Shown here: one piece after another, positions 17,616-25,747 of the stretch
Position numbering within the stretch: position 1 is the first letter of the stretch
Layout of the letters: every line of letters starts with the position of its first letter
Assembly: GCA_965371515.1 (NCBI GenBank)
Contig: CBDUYR010000038.1
Location: 1-26,762 of the forward strand
Direction: 5' to 3'
Length of the DNA stretch: 26,762 bases
DNA from: an uncultured bacterium
GTDB lineage: Bacteria; Krumholzibacteriota; Krumholzibacteriia; Krumholzibacteriales; Krumholzibacteriaceae
Translations under genes and position numbers: made by a program
Notes under the pieces: model-generated
Told to the model about the DNA's origin: nothing
What the model saw: only the letters and a program-made list of their open reading frames with translations
Databases searched by the model: none

Positions 17616-20600
17616 TCACCGGCCATCGCCGCCGTAAGGCTCATGTGCCCCGAGGAATGTAACATCCCGCGCCACCACGCTCACCGCCCCCAGATCGCTC
17701 TCGACCCGGCCGTGGATGTGGTACGGGCCTCGGGCGCGAAAGAGCTCGCGGGCGACGCGGCGATAGACCTTCGGGAAGAAGATCGCCTCGAACCGTCCGC
17801 GCATGTCGGAGAAGGTGACGAATATCATCTCCTCCCCCTTGTCGCTCGTGCGCGTCGCCTTTGCCGTCACTCTCCACCCGACCAGGTCGACCTCGCTCCC
17901 GTCATGGTCGTGCAGGTCGGCCGAGCTCGTCAGCCGCACACGGCCGGCGAGTTTGTCGAGCGCCTCCTCGAACATCACGAGCGGATGGGCCGCCACGCAC
18001 ATGTCGAGCGTCTCGCGTTCAGCCTCGAGACTTCGGCGCAGATCGAAGTCGGGGATCTCCGGAACGAGATCGAGCATCGATGTGACATCGTCCTCCGTCT
18101 CATCGTCCGCAGCCTTCAATACGCGAAGCTCCCACATCAACTCAGGCCTCGTGCGCCCGAAGCAGGAAAGCGCCCCGCATCGCACGAGCGACTCTACCTC
18201 AGACTGCGCGGCGGGCACCCTCTCGAGAAAATCGGACAGCGAAGAAAACGGGCGCGCCCCGATGATCGCCTCTATCGTCGCGGAGGTGAGCCCCTTGACC
18301 TGCATCAGACCGACGCGCAGCTGTCGCCTGCGCCCGTAATGACGCACGCGGCTACTGTTGACGCACGGCGGCAGGAGCATCAGCCCGATCCGCCGCGCCT
18401 CCTCGAGATACTCCTCGTAGCCGTAGTATCCCCCACCGTTGGAGAGGACCGCCGCCATGAACTCGGCCGGATAGTGCGCCTTCCACCAGGCGCTCTCGAA
18501 CGACTCGAGGGCGAAAGAGGCCGAATGTGCCTTGCAGAAGGCGTAGCCGGCGAAGGCAGCGATCTGACGAAAGACCTCTTCGCCGGTATCCTCGGAGATC
18601 CCGCGTCCCCTGACCCCGTCCAGAAAAGTCTCGCGGTAGCTCTCCATCGTCTCCCCGTCGATGTTCTTGAACGACATGCAGCGCCGCAGTCCGTCGGCCT
18701 CGCCGTAGCTCATCCCGGCGACCGCAACAGCGAGACGTATTACCTGCTCCTGGTATATGAGGCAGCCGTACGTGTCGCGCAGCACATCGGCAACAGCCGG
18801 ATGCATGTCAGCGACCTTCTCGAGGCCGAGCGCGCGGTGCAGGTAGCTGCGCTTGCCGCCGTGGCTCGATACGCCGGGCCGTATTATCGACGACAGGGCG
18901 GTGAGCACCTCGAAATCGTCGCACCTCGCCTGGCTCATCAGCTGCATCATGATCGGCGACTCGATGTAGAAACACCCCTCTGTCCTCCCCGTTCGCAGGA
19001 GTTTTTTCGTCTCCGCATCGCCGAGATAGTCGATACGTTCGGGATGGAGGGGCTGGCCTTCGTTCTCTTCCGCCATCGCGCACGCCTCGCCGATCACGGC
19101 GAGCCCCTTCTGCCCGATGATATCGATCTTCACCAGTCCCGCCTCCTCGACCTCGTACATCGACCACTGCGTTATCTCGTACCCCTTGTCGCCGCGCTGC
19201 ATCGGTATCATGTCGGTGATGGGCTCGGGCGATACTACAAGTCCGCAGGGATGCGTGGCCATGTGACGCGGGAACCCGCCGATCTTGCGCGCAATAGCGA
19301 TGAGCGTGCGGAACGGTTCTTTGTCGACAGGCAGTTCCGCCGCACGGGGTGAGACCTTCGCGAGATGATCGAGACTGTCGATCGACGCGTAGAAGGGGAT
19401 GGCCCTGATGAACTGCCGGATCTCCCCCTCGGGTATCCCCAGCGCCTTCGCCGTCTCGCGCAGCGCCGAGCGTGCACGCAGCGTACTGAATGTACCGATC
19501 ATCGCGACATGATCCTTCCCATACCGGCGGAAGATGTATTTGAGTATCACCTCGCGGTCGTCAGTGCCGAAATCTAGATCGAAGTCGGGAAGGTGCTCGC
19601 GCTCGGGATTGAGGAACCGCTCGAAGAACATGTTGTGACGCAGCGGATTGAAATGGGTGATGCTGAGCGCGTACGAGACGAGCGAGTTGCCCGCGGATCC
19701 GCGCCCGAGGGTGCGTATCCCGCGTGAGCGGGCGAACCGTACGATATCCCAGCATATGAGAAAGTACCCGGCGAGTCCCTTGTCCTCGATAACAGAGAGC
19801 TCGTGGTCGATTTTTTCCATCGCCTCGCGCTTCTCAACGTAGGGGCAGGCATCGCCCATACGCTCGCGCAGCCCGCGGAGGGCGATGCGCCGCAGCGTCG
19901 CCGATGCATCTTCCCCCGGCGGCAGGAGAAACTCCGGGAGCCTGCGGCGGCCGAGATCGAGTTCGACCCGGCAATCGGCGGCGATGCGCGCCGCCTCCAC
20001 GACCGGCCCTTCGTTTCCCTCGAAGACCCTCATCACGCTGTCAGGCGTGCGGAAGAACGAATCGCGCGGCACGGCCGCCCCGCGAGGCAGTGTGCCTATT
20101 GTCGTGCGCGTGCGAACCGCCGTGAGGACACGGTGGATCAGGTGTTCCTTCCCCTCAAGGAACCAGATCCCTCCGGCTGCGACAGTCTCGATGCCGAGCT
20201 TTCGCGCCGCGTCGGCTATCCTCCAACGCTCCCGGTCACGGTCGCGCCCCGGCGCGATGGGAAGAGCTGCGCGAAGATTGGGCAGGTGCCGGAGCCGCGT
20301 GAGCAGCAGTTTGTACGAGACGAGCACGTATATGTTCTCTGATACATTCGCCAGCGCCTCCCCGAAATCAAACTCCTCGTCGAGATGCCGCCTCGTTACC
20401 AGCTTCGATATCTCCGAGTACCCCGCGCGATTGCGGGCGAGCAGCACGGCACGTAAAGGCGTAGGGCCGTCCTCGCCGGTAAGCTCCGCCCCGTAGATCG
20501 GCCTCATACCGAGCTTCAAACACGCCTCCGTGAAAGGAACGACGGCATGCATCGCATCCGTATCTGTCAGCGCCAGCGACTCCATCTCGCATGCGTACGC

Positions 20601-20705
20601 TGCCGCGACGAGAGCCTCCACCTTTCTTGTCCCGGCGAGCATCGAAAAGTTCGAGTGGACGTGCAGGTGCGTAAAACTGCTCTGCTGCCGGGCACACCTG
20701 ATCAC
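17616..20705 (-). CDS. dnaE2: Error-prone DNA polymerase III alpha subunit (DnaE2/ImuC type)
   Basis: PHP HLHVHS; GRGSAGNS, FERFL, PDFDLDF, HPCG, KIDIIG, FCKAHSASF; ends after the OB fold; lies in a lexA cassette; GTG start at 20705 after AGGAAGGAG. Confidence 0.88.
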   Translation of the reverse strand: MIRCARQQSSFTHLHVHSNFSMLAGTRKVEALVAAAYACEMESLALTDTDAMHAVVPFTEACLKLGMRPIYGAELTGEDGPTPLRAVLLARNRAGYSEISKLVTRRHLDEEFDFGEALANVSENIYVLVSYKLLLTRLRHLPNLRAALPIAPGRDRDRERWRIADAARKLGIETVAAGGIWFLEGKEHLIHRVLTAVRTRTTIGTLPRGAAVPRDSFFRTPDSVMRVFEGNEGPVVEAARIAADCRVELDLGRRRLPEFLLPPGEDASATLRRIALRGLRERMGDACPYVEKREAMEKIDHELSVIEDKGLAGYFLICWDIVRFARSRGIRTLGRGSAGNSLVSYALSITHFNPLRHNMFFERFLNPEREHLPDFDLDFGTDDREVILKYIFRRYGKDHVAMIGTFSTLRARSALRETAKALGIPEGEIRQFIRAIPFYASIDSLDHLAKVSPRAAELPVDKEPFRTLIAIARKIGGFPRHMATHPCGLVVSPEPITDMIPMQRGDKGYEITQWSMYEVEEAGLVKIDIIGQKGLAVIGEACAMAEENEGQPLHPERIDYLGDAETKKLLRTGRTEGCFYIESPIMMQLMSQARCDDFEVLTALSSIIRPGVSSHGGKRSYLHRALGLEKVADMHPAVADVLRDTYGCLIYQEQVIRLAVAVAGMSYGEADGLRRCMSFKNIDGETMESYRETFLDGVRGRGISEDTGEEVFRQIAAFAGYAFCKAHSASFALESFESAWWKAHYPAEFMAAVLSNGGGYYGYEEYLEEARRIGLMLLPPCVNSSRVRHYGRRRQLRVGLMQVKGLTSATIEAIIGARPFSSLSDFLERVPAAQSEVESLVRCGALSCFGRTRPELMWELRVLKAADDETEDDVTSMLDLVPEIPDFDLRRSLEAERETLDMCVAAHPLVMFEEALDKLAGRVRLTSSADLHDHDGSEVDLVGWRVTAKATRTSDKGEEMIFVTFSDMRGRFEAIFFPKVYRRVARELFRARGPYHIHGRVESDLGAVSVVARDVTFLGAHEPYGGDGR

Positions 20706-20798
20706 GAGATCTCCTTCCTGCACCGATACGTGGTGCATCGGATTGCGGGTCCGTGGTATCTTCGACCGCACAGGGTCGACCCACCGGAAGGCGCCGCA

Positions 20799-21323
20799 TT
20801 GATTGACCGTATCAGACCGTTCTCTCTCATCATCCTCTGTTCATATGCCATATTCATCCTGTGTCCCGGCAGCGCGGCAGCTGCCTCGCCACCCGTCACA
20901 CCGGTCCCCCCGGCCGCCGACGGCAGCTCCAGCATGAACATGCGCAGTGCCCACAAGTGGCTCGGATACAGTGCCATTGCCCTCGGCACGGTCGCCGCCT
21001 TCTCGAGTTCCAGCGAGGACCTGCACTGCGCTACCGCCTGGGGCGCCGCCGTCCTTGGCGCGGCGGCAGTCACTACCGGGATCATCAAGTACCGACGGAC
21101 CGTCGACCTGAGCAACGGCATCTCGCGCCTCGATGGACACGCGATCCTCGGTGGACTCGCCGCGGCGGGGTTCATCACCGCCTGTGTCCTCGCCGGAACG
21201 GGCGGCGAAGATGATGACGAATGGGAAGACGACGATGACTCCAACAAACTGCACGCAGGCATCGGCGGCGTAGCGCTGGCGACCATGGCCGTCTCCGTGG
21301 TCATCATCAAGGTGAAATGGTAA
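20799..21323 (+). CDS. Hypothetical membrane protein: signal peptide plus four hydrophobic helices each starting near a His (possible di-heme cytochrome b561-like)
   Basis: AHKWLGYSAIALG, LHCATAWGAAVLG, GHAILGGLAAAG, LHAGIGGVALAT; acidic loop EDDDEWEDDDD; TTG at 20799 after GGAAGG (start uncertain). Confidence 0.65.
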   Translation: MIDRIRPFSLIILCSYAIFILCPGSAAAASPPVTPVPPAADGSSSMNMRSAHKWLGYSAIALGTVAAFSSSSEDLHCATAWGAAVLGAAAVTTGIIKYRRTVDLSNGISRLDGHAILGGLAAAGFITACVLAGTGGEDDDEWEDDDDSNKLHAGIGGVALATMAVSVVIIKVKW

Positions 21324-21376
21324 GCGGACCCGTGTGCGATCATTACAGTGTTCCTTCCCGATATTTATGTGAATCC

Positions 21377-22564
21377 CTATGAGGCGGCGCGTCTGGCGGC
21401 GAGCGCCCTGCCGAACGACGGCGCCACCCCTGAAGGCATAGCGGCCCTGAGCCTGTCGAGGGCCGTCTGAACCCGGCGCGCCTTCAGCACACCCCTCTGC
21501 GTCGGATCGGGAAAGAGATCGAGCTGCAGCGGCTCGGGTTCAACCGACAGTGCCGCAAGGCTCACGCCCCGCAACCTCACCCTCCGCCCGAAGATACGAT
21601 CAAAGAGCATACCAGCGGAGTCGAACAGGACAGCATCGTCCGATGTAGGCGCCGCCGGCCTCATCTGCCCGTGCGCAACTACCTCGTCGGCATAACGCAA
21701 CTCAAGGCGCAGCGACCTGGCGAGCGAGCGCTCGGTTCGAAGCTTCCCCCCGAGCTCCTCGGCAAGCACGTAGATGTACGACTCGAGAAGCCGGCGATCG
21801 ACGGCGTCGGGCTCGAGCACCTTCTTCACGACAAACTCCCCGTCGCCCACGCTTCCCGCACGAACCCGCGCGGCATCCATCCCCCTCGCGCCGAGATGAA
21901 GCTTTCTCCCCCACGACCCGAAGCAGAACACAAGCAGTTCCTCGTCAAACCTCAACACGTCGCCTACCGTCGCGATGCCGAGCTCGTGCAGGACAGGCAC
22001 ATGCCGCTCGCTCACGATTGGAAACCTCTCGATCGGTACCGGCGAGAGGAAGTACCGCTCGCACCCGGGATAGACGTCCACCATGTGCGCCCGCTTCGCC
22101 TCGCGCGATGCGACATGGCTGACGAGCTTGCTCGACGCGATACCGAGCGATACGTCGAGACCCGTCGTAGCGCGCACCTCACGTTTTATCGCCCTGCCCG
22201 CGTCGAGAGCGTGCCCGAAGAGCCGGTCGCAGCCGGTGTAGTCGGCGTAACCCTCATCGAGTGAGACCGACTCGACGACGGGACTGTACCGCCCTATCAC
22301 CGAGAAGATCGAGCTGGAGACAGAGCGGAAGAGATCCCAGTCGGGAGGTATGAAAACGCCGCCCGGGCAGAGGCGCATCGCCGACGAGACGGTCATACCG
22401 CGGCACACCCCATCGCCCCGCGCTTCGTAGGAGGCAGAGATGACCATGCCCCGAGGAGCGGGGCCGGCAACGACGACTGCCTTCGAACGAAGCGCGGGAT
22501 CTCTCAGCCTCAGCGCGGAGGCGTAGAAATCATCTGTGTTTATGTGAAGTATCTCCCTGTTCAT
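21377..22564 (-). CDS. Y-family DNA polymerase homolog (DinB/ImuB-like), likely catalytically impaired
   Basis: ILHINTDDFYAS, ASYEAR..GV, SLDEGY, SLGIASSKLVS; beta-clamp motif QLDLF; C-terminal ALDRLR...FG tail. Confidence 0.88.
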   Translation of the reverse strand: MNREILHINTDDFYASALRLRDPALRSKAVVVAGPAPRGMVISASYEARGDGVCRGMTVSSAMRLCPGGVFIPPDWDLFRSVSSSIFSVIGRYSPVVESVSLDEGYADYTGCDRLFGHALDAGRAIKREVRATTGLDVSLGIASSKLVSHVASREAKRAHMVDVYPGCERYFLSPVPIERFPIVSERHVPVLHELGIATVGDVLRFDEELLVFCFGSWGRKLHLGARGMDAARVRAGSVGDGEFVVKKVLEPDAVDRRLLESYIYVLAEELGGKLRTERSLARSLRLELRYADEVVAHGQMRPAAPTSDDAVLFDSAGMLFDRIFGRRVRLRGVSLAALSVEPEPLQLDLFPDPTQRGVLKARRVQTALDRLRAAMPSGVAPSFGRALAARRAAS

Positions 22565-22580
22565 TCTGCATCTCCCTGGA

Positions 22581-22799
22581 TCAGGGCCTGCGCCTTATTC
22601 CCACGATGAGCCCCACGAGATTGCCGGAAGGGTCTCCCTTCCAGCGGCGAATCGATTCAACCCCGCCGTCGCGCACGAGCACAAGCTCGCCCCTGACCGG
22701 TGCGCTGTCGGTTTCGATCATCAGGCTGTCGCCTTCACGCACCTCGCCGTCGGCGTTTGACGACAGGATGATATCGACCCTGCGATAGACGAGGGACAT
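22581..22799 (-). CDS. 72-aa protein resembling a minimal peptidase S24 (LexA C-terminal/UmuD'-like) fold without catalytic residues
   Basis: AGGAGA RBS; fits between lexA and dinB; VREGDSLMIE..PVRGELVLVRDGGVESIRRW..LVGLIVGIRRR parallels LexA ILDGDIIVVE..VENGALAVVLVDGAEATVKRF..ISGVVVGLLRR. Confidence 0.7.
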   Translation of the reverse strand: MSLVYRRVDIILSSNADGEVREGDSLMIETDSAPVRGELVLVRDGGVESIRRWKGDPSGNLVGLIVGIRRRP

Positions 22800-22844
22800 G
22801 CCAGTTCTCCTGGTTTAAATGAATCTTCCGCTCGCGGGCGCGCC

Positions 22845-23450
22845 TCAGAACGATCGGTAACGTCTCAGCAGTCCCACCACCACACCGCTTATCTCAACCC
22901 TGACTGCCGGGAGCACGATGTCTTCCATTGTGGGGTTGGACGGCCGGAGCGTAACGCTCCCGCCGTCCTGATAGAAACGCTTGACCGTAGCTTCCGCACC
23001 GTCGACCAGCACAACCGCAAGCGCGCCGTTCTCGACCCGCTCGCGTTTCTCCACGACGATGATATCGCCGTCGAGTATCCCGTCGCCTGTCATCGACATG
23101 CCGCGGACCCTGAGGGCGAACGTCTCCCCCCTGCCGGTAAAACCGGGGGGAAGCGCCACGCTCTCCGGAATCTCGATCGCCTCTATCGGCGAGCCGGCCG
23201 CCACCATCCCGGCAAGCGGCACCGTAAGCCCGTCTCCCTCGGAGAGGGGCTCTATCGATCTCGACCTGTTCCACCCGCGCCTGAGCAGCCCCTTGCTCTC
23301 GAGATTGCTCAGGTGCTCGTGTACCGTGCTGACCGCCGAGAGTCCGAAGTGAGCGCCGATCTCCTCGAGCGACGGCGAGTAACCCTCGCTCTCCTGGAAG
23401 TCCTTTATGAATTCGAGTATCTCTCTCTGGCGTTTTGTCAGGTAAGTCAT
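22845..23450 (-). CDS. lexA: SOS repressor LexA
   Basis: LTKRQREILEFI..GYSPSLEEIG..FGL wHTH; Ala-Gly cleavage site VAAGSP; catalytic Ser in GMSM and Lys in TVKR; start ATG 23450 after AGGAGA. Confidence 0.95.
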   Translation of the reverse strand: MTYLTKRQREILEFIKDFQESEGYSPSLEEIGAHFGLSAVSTVHEHLSNLESKGLLRRGWNRSRSIEPLSEGDGLTVPLAGMVAAGSPIEAIEIPESVALPPGFTGRGETFALRVRGMSMTGDGILDGDIIVVEKRERVENGALAVVLVDGAEATVKRFYQDGGSVTLRPSNPTMEDIVLPAVRVEISGVVVGLLRRYRSF

Positions 23451-23475
23451 CTCTCTCCTGTCCAGTGAAGCAACG

Positions 23476-23520
23476 GGTCGGGGACTTGGGGGCAAAATGG
23501 AGAATTGAAAGCCCCCGACC
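23476..23520 (-). promoter_or_regulatory. 12-bp stem-loop in the lexA 5' leader
   Basis: Minus strand GGTCGGGGGCTT ... AAGTCCCCGACC with one G-U pair; an alternative partner GCCCCC lies in the loop. Confidence 0.55.
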
Positions 23521-23545
23521 GCATGGCTGCTTCATCTTCTCCCTG

Positions 23546-23574
23546 AGCTTAACCGAACAAAAACCGAAAGTCAA
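23546..23574 (-). promoter_or_regulatory. lexA sigma70 promoter with a candidate direct-repeat SOS box in the spacer
   Basis: TTGACT - 17 nt - TAAGCT; + strand GAAC-N7-GAAA at 23555-23569 within an AACCGAA direct repeat. Confidence 0.7.
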
Positions 23575-23833
23575 CCAGAAAAATGAAACCCTCGCAAGAA
23601 AGTTGCTATCCATATATTTTGCCTGCAGTTAACATTTATGGCCGATCCGTTATTATACTAATCGGGGAAAAAGTATAATAACGACTGAGCTTATGATACC
23701 GAGGTATAACAGGAAAGGTAATCATATGATTTTATTGATGATTCCCCTCCCTATGATGCTATACTCTGAACACAGGACTCTGATTTCGAAGAGATGAACA
23801 GCATAAAGTATATAAAGCGGAGAGGACCAGCCG

Positions 23834-24826
23834 ATGAAGCTTAAGCAGACCTTCATGGACTTCATGCTCCACCACCAGGAGCGCCATAACCGCAGCTACA
23901 AATTCCTCGTTCTCATGGAGGCGATCCAGGCCGCCGCGAAGTATATCCAGTACTTCTACCAGACCGGGTCGCTGAAGAACCTGATGGGCGAGGCGGGATT
24001 CACCAACGTCCAGGGCGAGAACGTGATGAAGATGGACGACATCGCCGACTCGATCGTCCTGCACTACCTGGAGCGCTCCAACCAGGTGATCTGCGCCGTC
24101 ACCGAGGAGGAGCCCGACCCGGTAGTCCTTAACGAGGACAACGGCCGCTATTTCGTCTATTACGATCCGCTCGACGGATCGAGCAACATCAAGCACAACC
24201 TTCCAGTCGGCTTCATGTTTGCCGTCGCCAAGCGGAACCTCGACGGTCCCGAGGACAATCACCTGCGCAAGGGTTCGGAGCTGCGCGCCGCGGGGGTCTA
24301 TCTGATCCCGAACGGCGTCTTTACTCTTGCCCTCGCAGATACCGGCGTCTTCCGATTTCACATGGACGAGACGATGACATACGTCATACCCGAAAACGCC
24401 GAGCGGCTGATGATGCCGGAGAATAAAAAGGGATGGGAGCTATCCTTCAACTCTTCGAACCGCGGGACATTTGCCCCTCATGTCCGTGAATGGATCGAGA
24501 AAAACGAGCCGAAATACGCATTCCGCTACATGGGCGCCCTCGCCGCCGACTTCCACAGGCTCCTCTCCAACGGAGGGATGTTCATGTACCCGGCGATCGT
24601 CAACCATCCCGAGCCGGCAAAGAACCGCCCGAAGGGAAAGCTGCGCCTTCTCTATGAAGCGAATGTCGCGGCGTTCATCGCAAAAGAAGCGGGCGGGATG
24701 GCGATCGACGAGGAAGGAAACGACATCCTCGATATCGTCCCCGAATACGCCCACCAGCGCACGGCCCTCTACGTCGGCTCGAAGCCGCTGGTCGAAAATA
24801 TCAGGGAGAGATTGAAGAAAGATTAG
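23834..24826 (+). CDS. fbp: Class I fructose-1,6-bisphosphatase
   Basis: NVQGE..KMD, TEE, DPLDGSSNI, RYMGALAADFHR, GKLRLLYEA, HQRT; GAGGA RBS. Confidence 0.93.
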   Translation: MKLKQTFMDFMLHHQERHNRSYKFLVLMEAIQAAAKYIQYFYQTGSLKNLMGEAGFTNVQGENVMKMDDIADSIVLHYLERSNQVICAVTEEEPDPVVLNEDNGRYFVYYDPLDGSSNIKHNLPVGFMFAVAKRNLDGPEDNHLRKGSELRAAGVYLIPNGVFTLALADTGVFRFHMDETMTYVIPENAERLMMPENKKGWELSFNSSNRGTFAPHVREWIEKNEPKYAFRYMGALAADFHRLLSNGGMFMYPAIVNHPEPAKNRPKGKLRLLYEANVAAFIAKEAGGMAIDEEGNDILDIVPEYAHQRTALYVGSKPLVENIRERLKKD

Positions 24827-24958
24827 TCTCGTCGAGGGGTAATCGACTCAGCCGGTCATCCCCGCCCTTTTAAGGATCTCGATGCCGATTGTTACAGGAG
24901 ATACGGCGGATCCGGGGCCTGATACGATTATTCATTCATTTAAGTCAGGAATTTAGTA

Positions 24959-24980
24959 AAAACCACATTTATGCGGTTTT
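24959..24980. promoter_or_regulatory. Imperfect inverted repeat upstream of abiE (candidate operator)
   Basis: AAAACCACAT-TT-ATGCGGTTTT, one mismatch, in an AT-rich intergenic region. Confidence 0.35.
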
Positions 24981-25049
24981 GTAGGCTTGATATATGCATA
25001 GTATGTAGAGTAAATATCGACATATTATGTATAAAACAGCATTATTTTA

Positions 25050-25078
25050 TTGCCCGATGGCCAGATATACGCTAGAAT
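25050..25078 (+). promoter_or_regulatory. Sigma70-type promoter of the abiE operon
   Basis: TTGCCC - 17 nt - TAGAAT, then a GGAAAGG RBS and ATG at 25100. Confidence 0.55.
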
Positions 25079-25099
25079 AATAGTGGAAAGGCTGGCGTT

Positions 25100-25738
25100 A
25101 TGGATATTTCCATTCGAAACACGATCTTATCCGAAGAATTCGATTATCAGGCTCTTCTGCATGCCCTGGGCGATTACTCGTATCCGCGAGACAAGATAAC
25201 GGAGCTTCTTCGAAAGGGTGACATTGTACGGGTCAAGAAGGGGATATACATCTTCGGCGAACAATACCGCCGCCGGCCGTACTCAAGAGAGGTGCTTGCC
25301 AATCTCATCTATGGGCCTTCGTATATCTCTTTGGAATATGCTCTCGGGTATTACGGGCTGATCCCTGAAGGCGTGGAATCGGTCACATCGGTCACCACAG
25401 GAAGGTCACGAAGGTTCGAGACCCCGTTAGGCCTTTTCTCCTACCATACCGTTCCACTGGCCGCGTTCACCGCGGGCATCGACCGCGTGGATATGGGCGA
25501 CGGCAGGTCGTTTCTCATGGCTCTGCCTGAGAAGGCACTTGCCGACAAGATCCGGCTGGATCGTGGAAACGGCCTCTCCAGCCAGAGAGAGTTGCGTCGA
25601 TACCTGGTCGAAAACCTGCGGATCGACCCTGCAGCTCTGGCCGGGATGCGTGCGAAGAGATTTGAAGAATATTCCGATCTTTATCAATCCAGGAAGATCG
25701 CTCTTCTGGCGGCGCTGCTGCGCCGCGGTCTGAATTGA
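25100..25738 (+). CDS. Type IV toxin-antitoxin antitoxin, AbiEi-like transcriptional regulator
   Basis: wHTH-like RKGDIVRVKKGIY, SYISLEYAL.YYGLIPE, TSVTT, A.PEKALAD; directly upstream of the AbiEii-type gene. Confidence 0.82.
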   Translation: MDISIRNTILSEEFDYQALLHALGDYSYPRDKITELLRKGDIVRVKKGIYIFGEQYRRRPYSREVLANLIYGPSYISLEYALGYYGLIPEGVESVTSVTTGRSRRFETPLGLFSYHTVPLAAFTAGIDRVDMGDGRSFLMALPEKALADKIRLDRGNGLSSQRELRRYLVENLRIDPAALAGMRAKRFEEYSDLYQSRKIALLAALLRRGLN

Positions 25739-25747
25739 GGGAGGAAG

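Noticed and set aside
22894..23613. 239-aa alternative-frame ORF over lexA, and the upstream extensions of lexA (23495), dnaE2 (20771) and the regulator (16021)
   Set aside because: No motifs; they run through promoter/leader elements; better RBS-supported starts lie downstream
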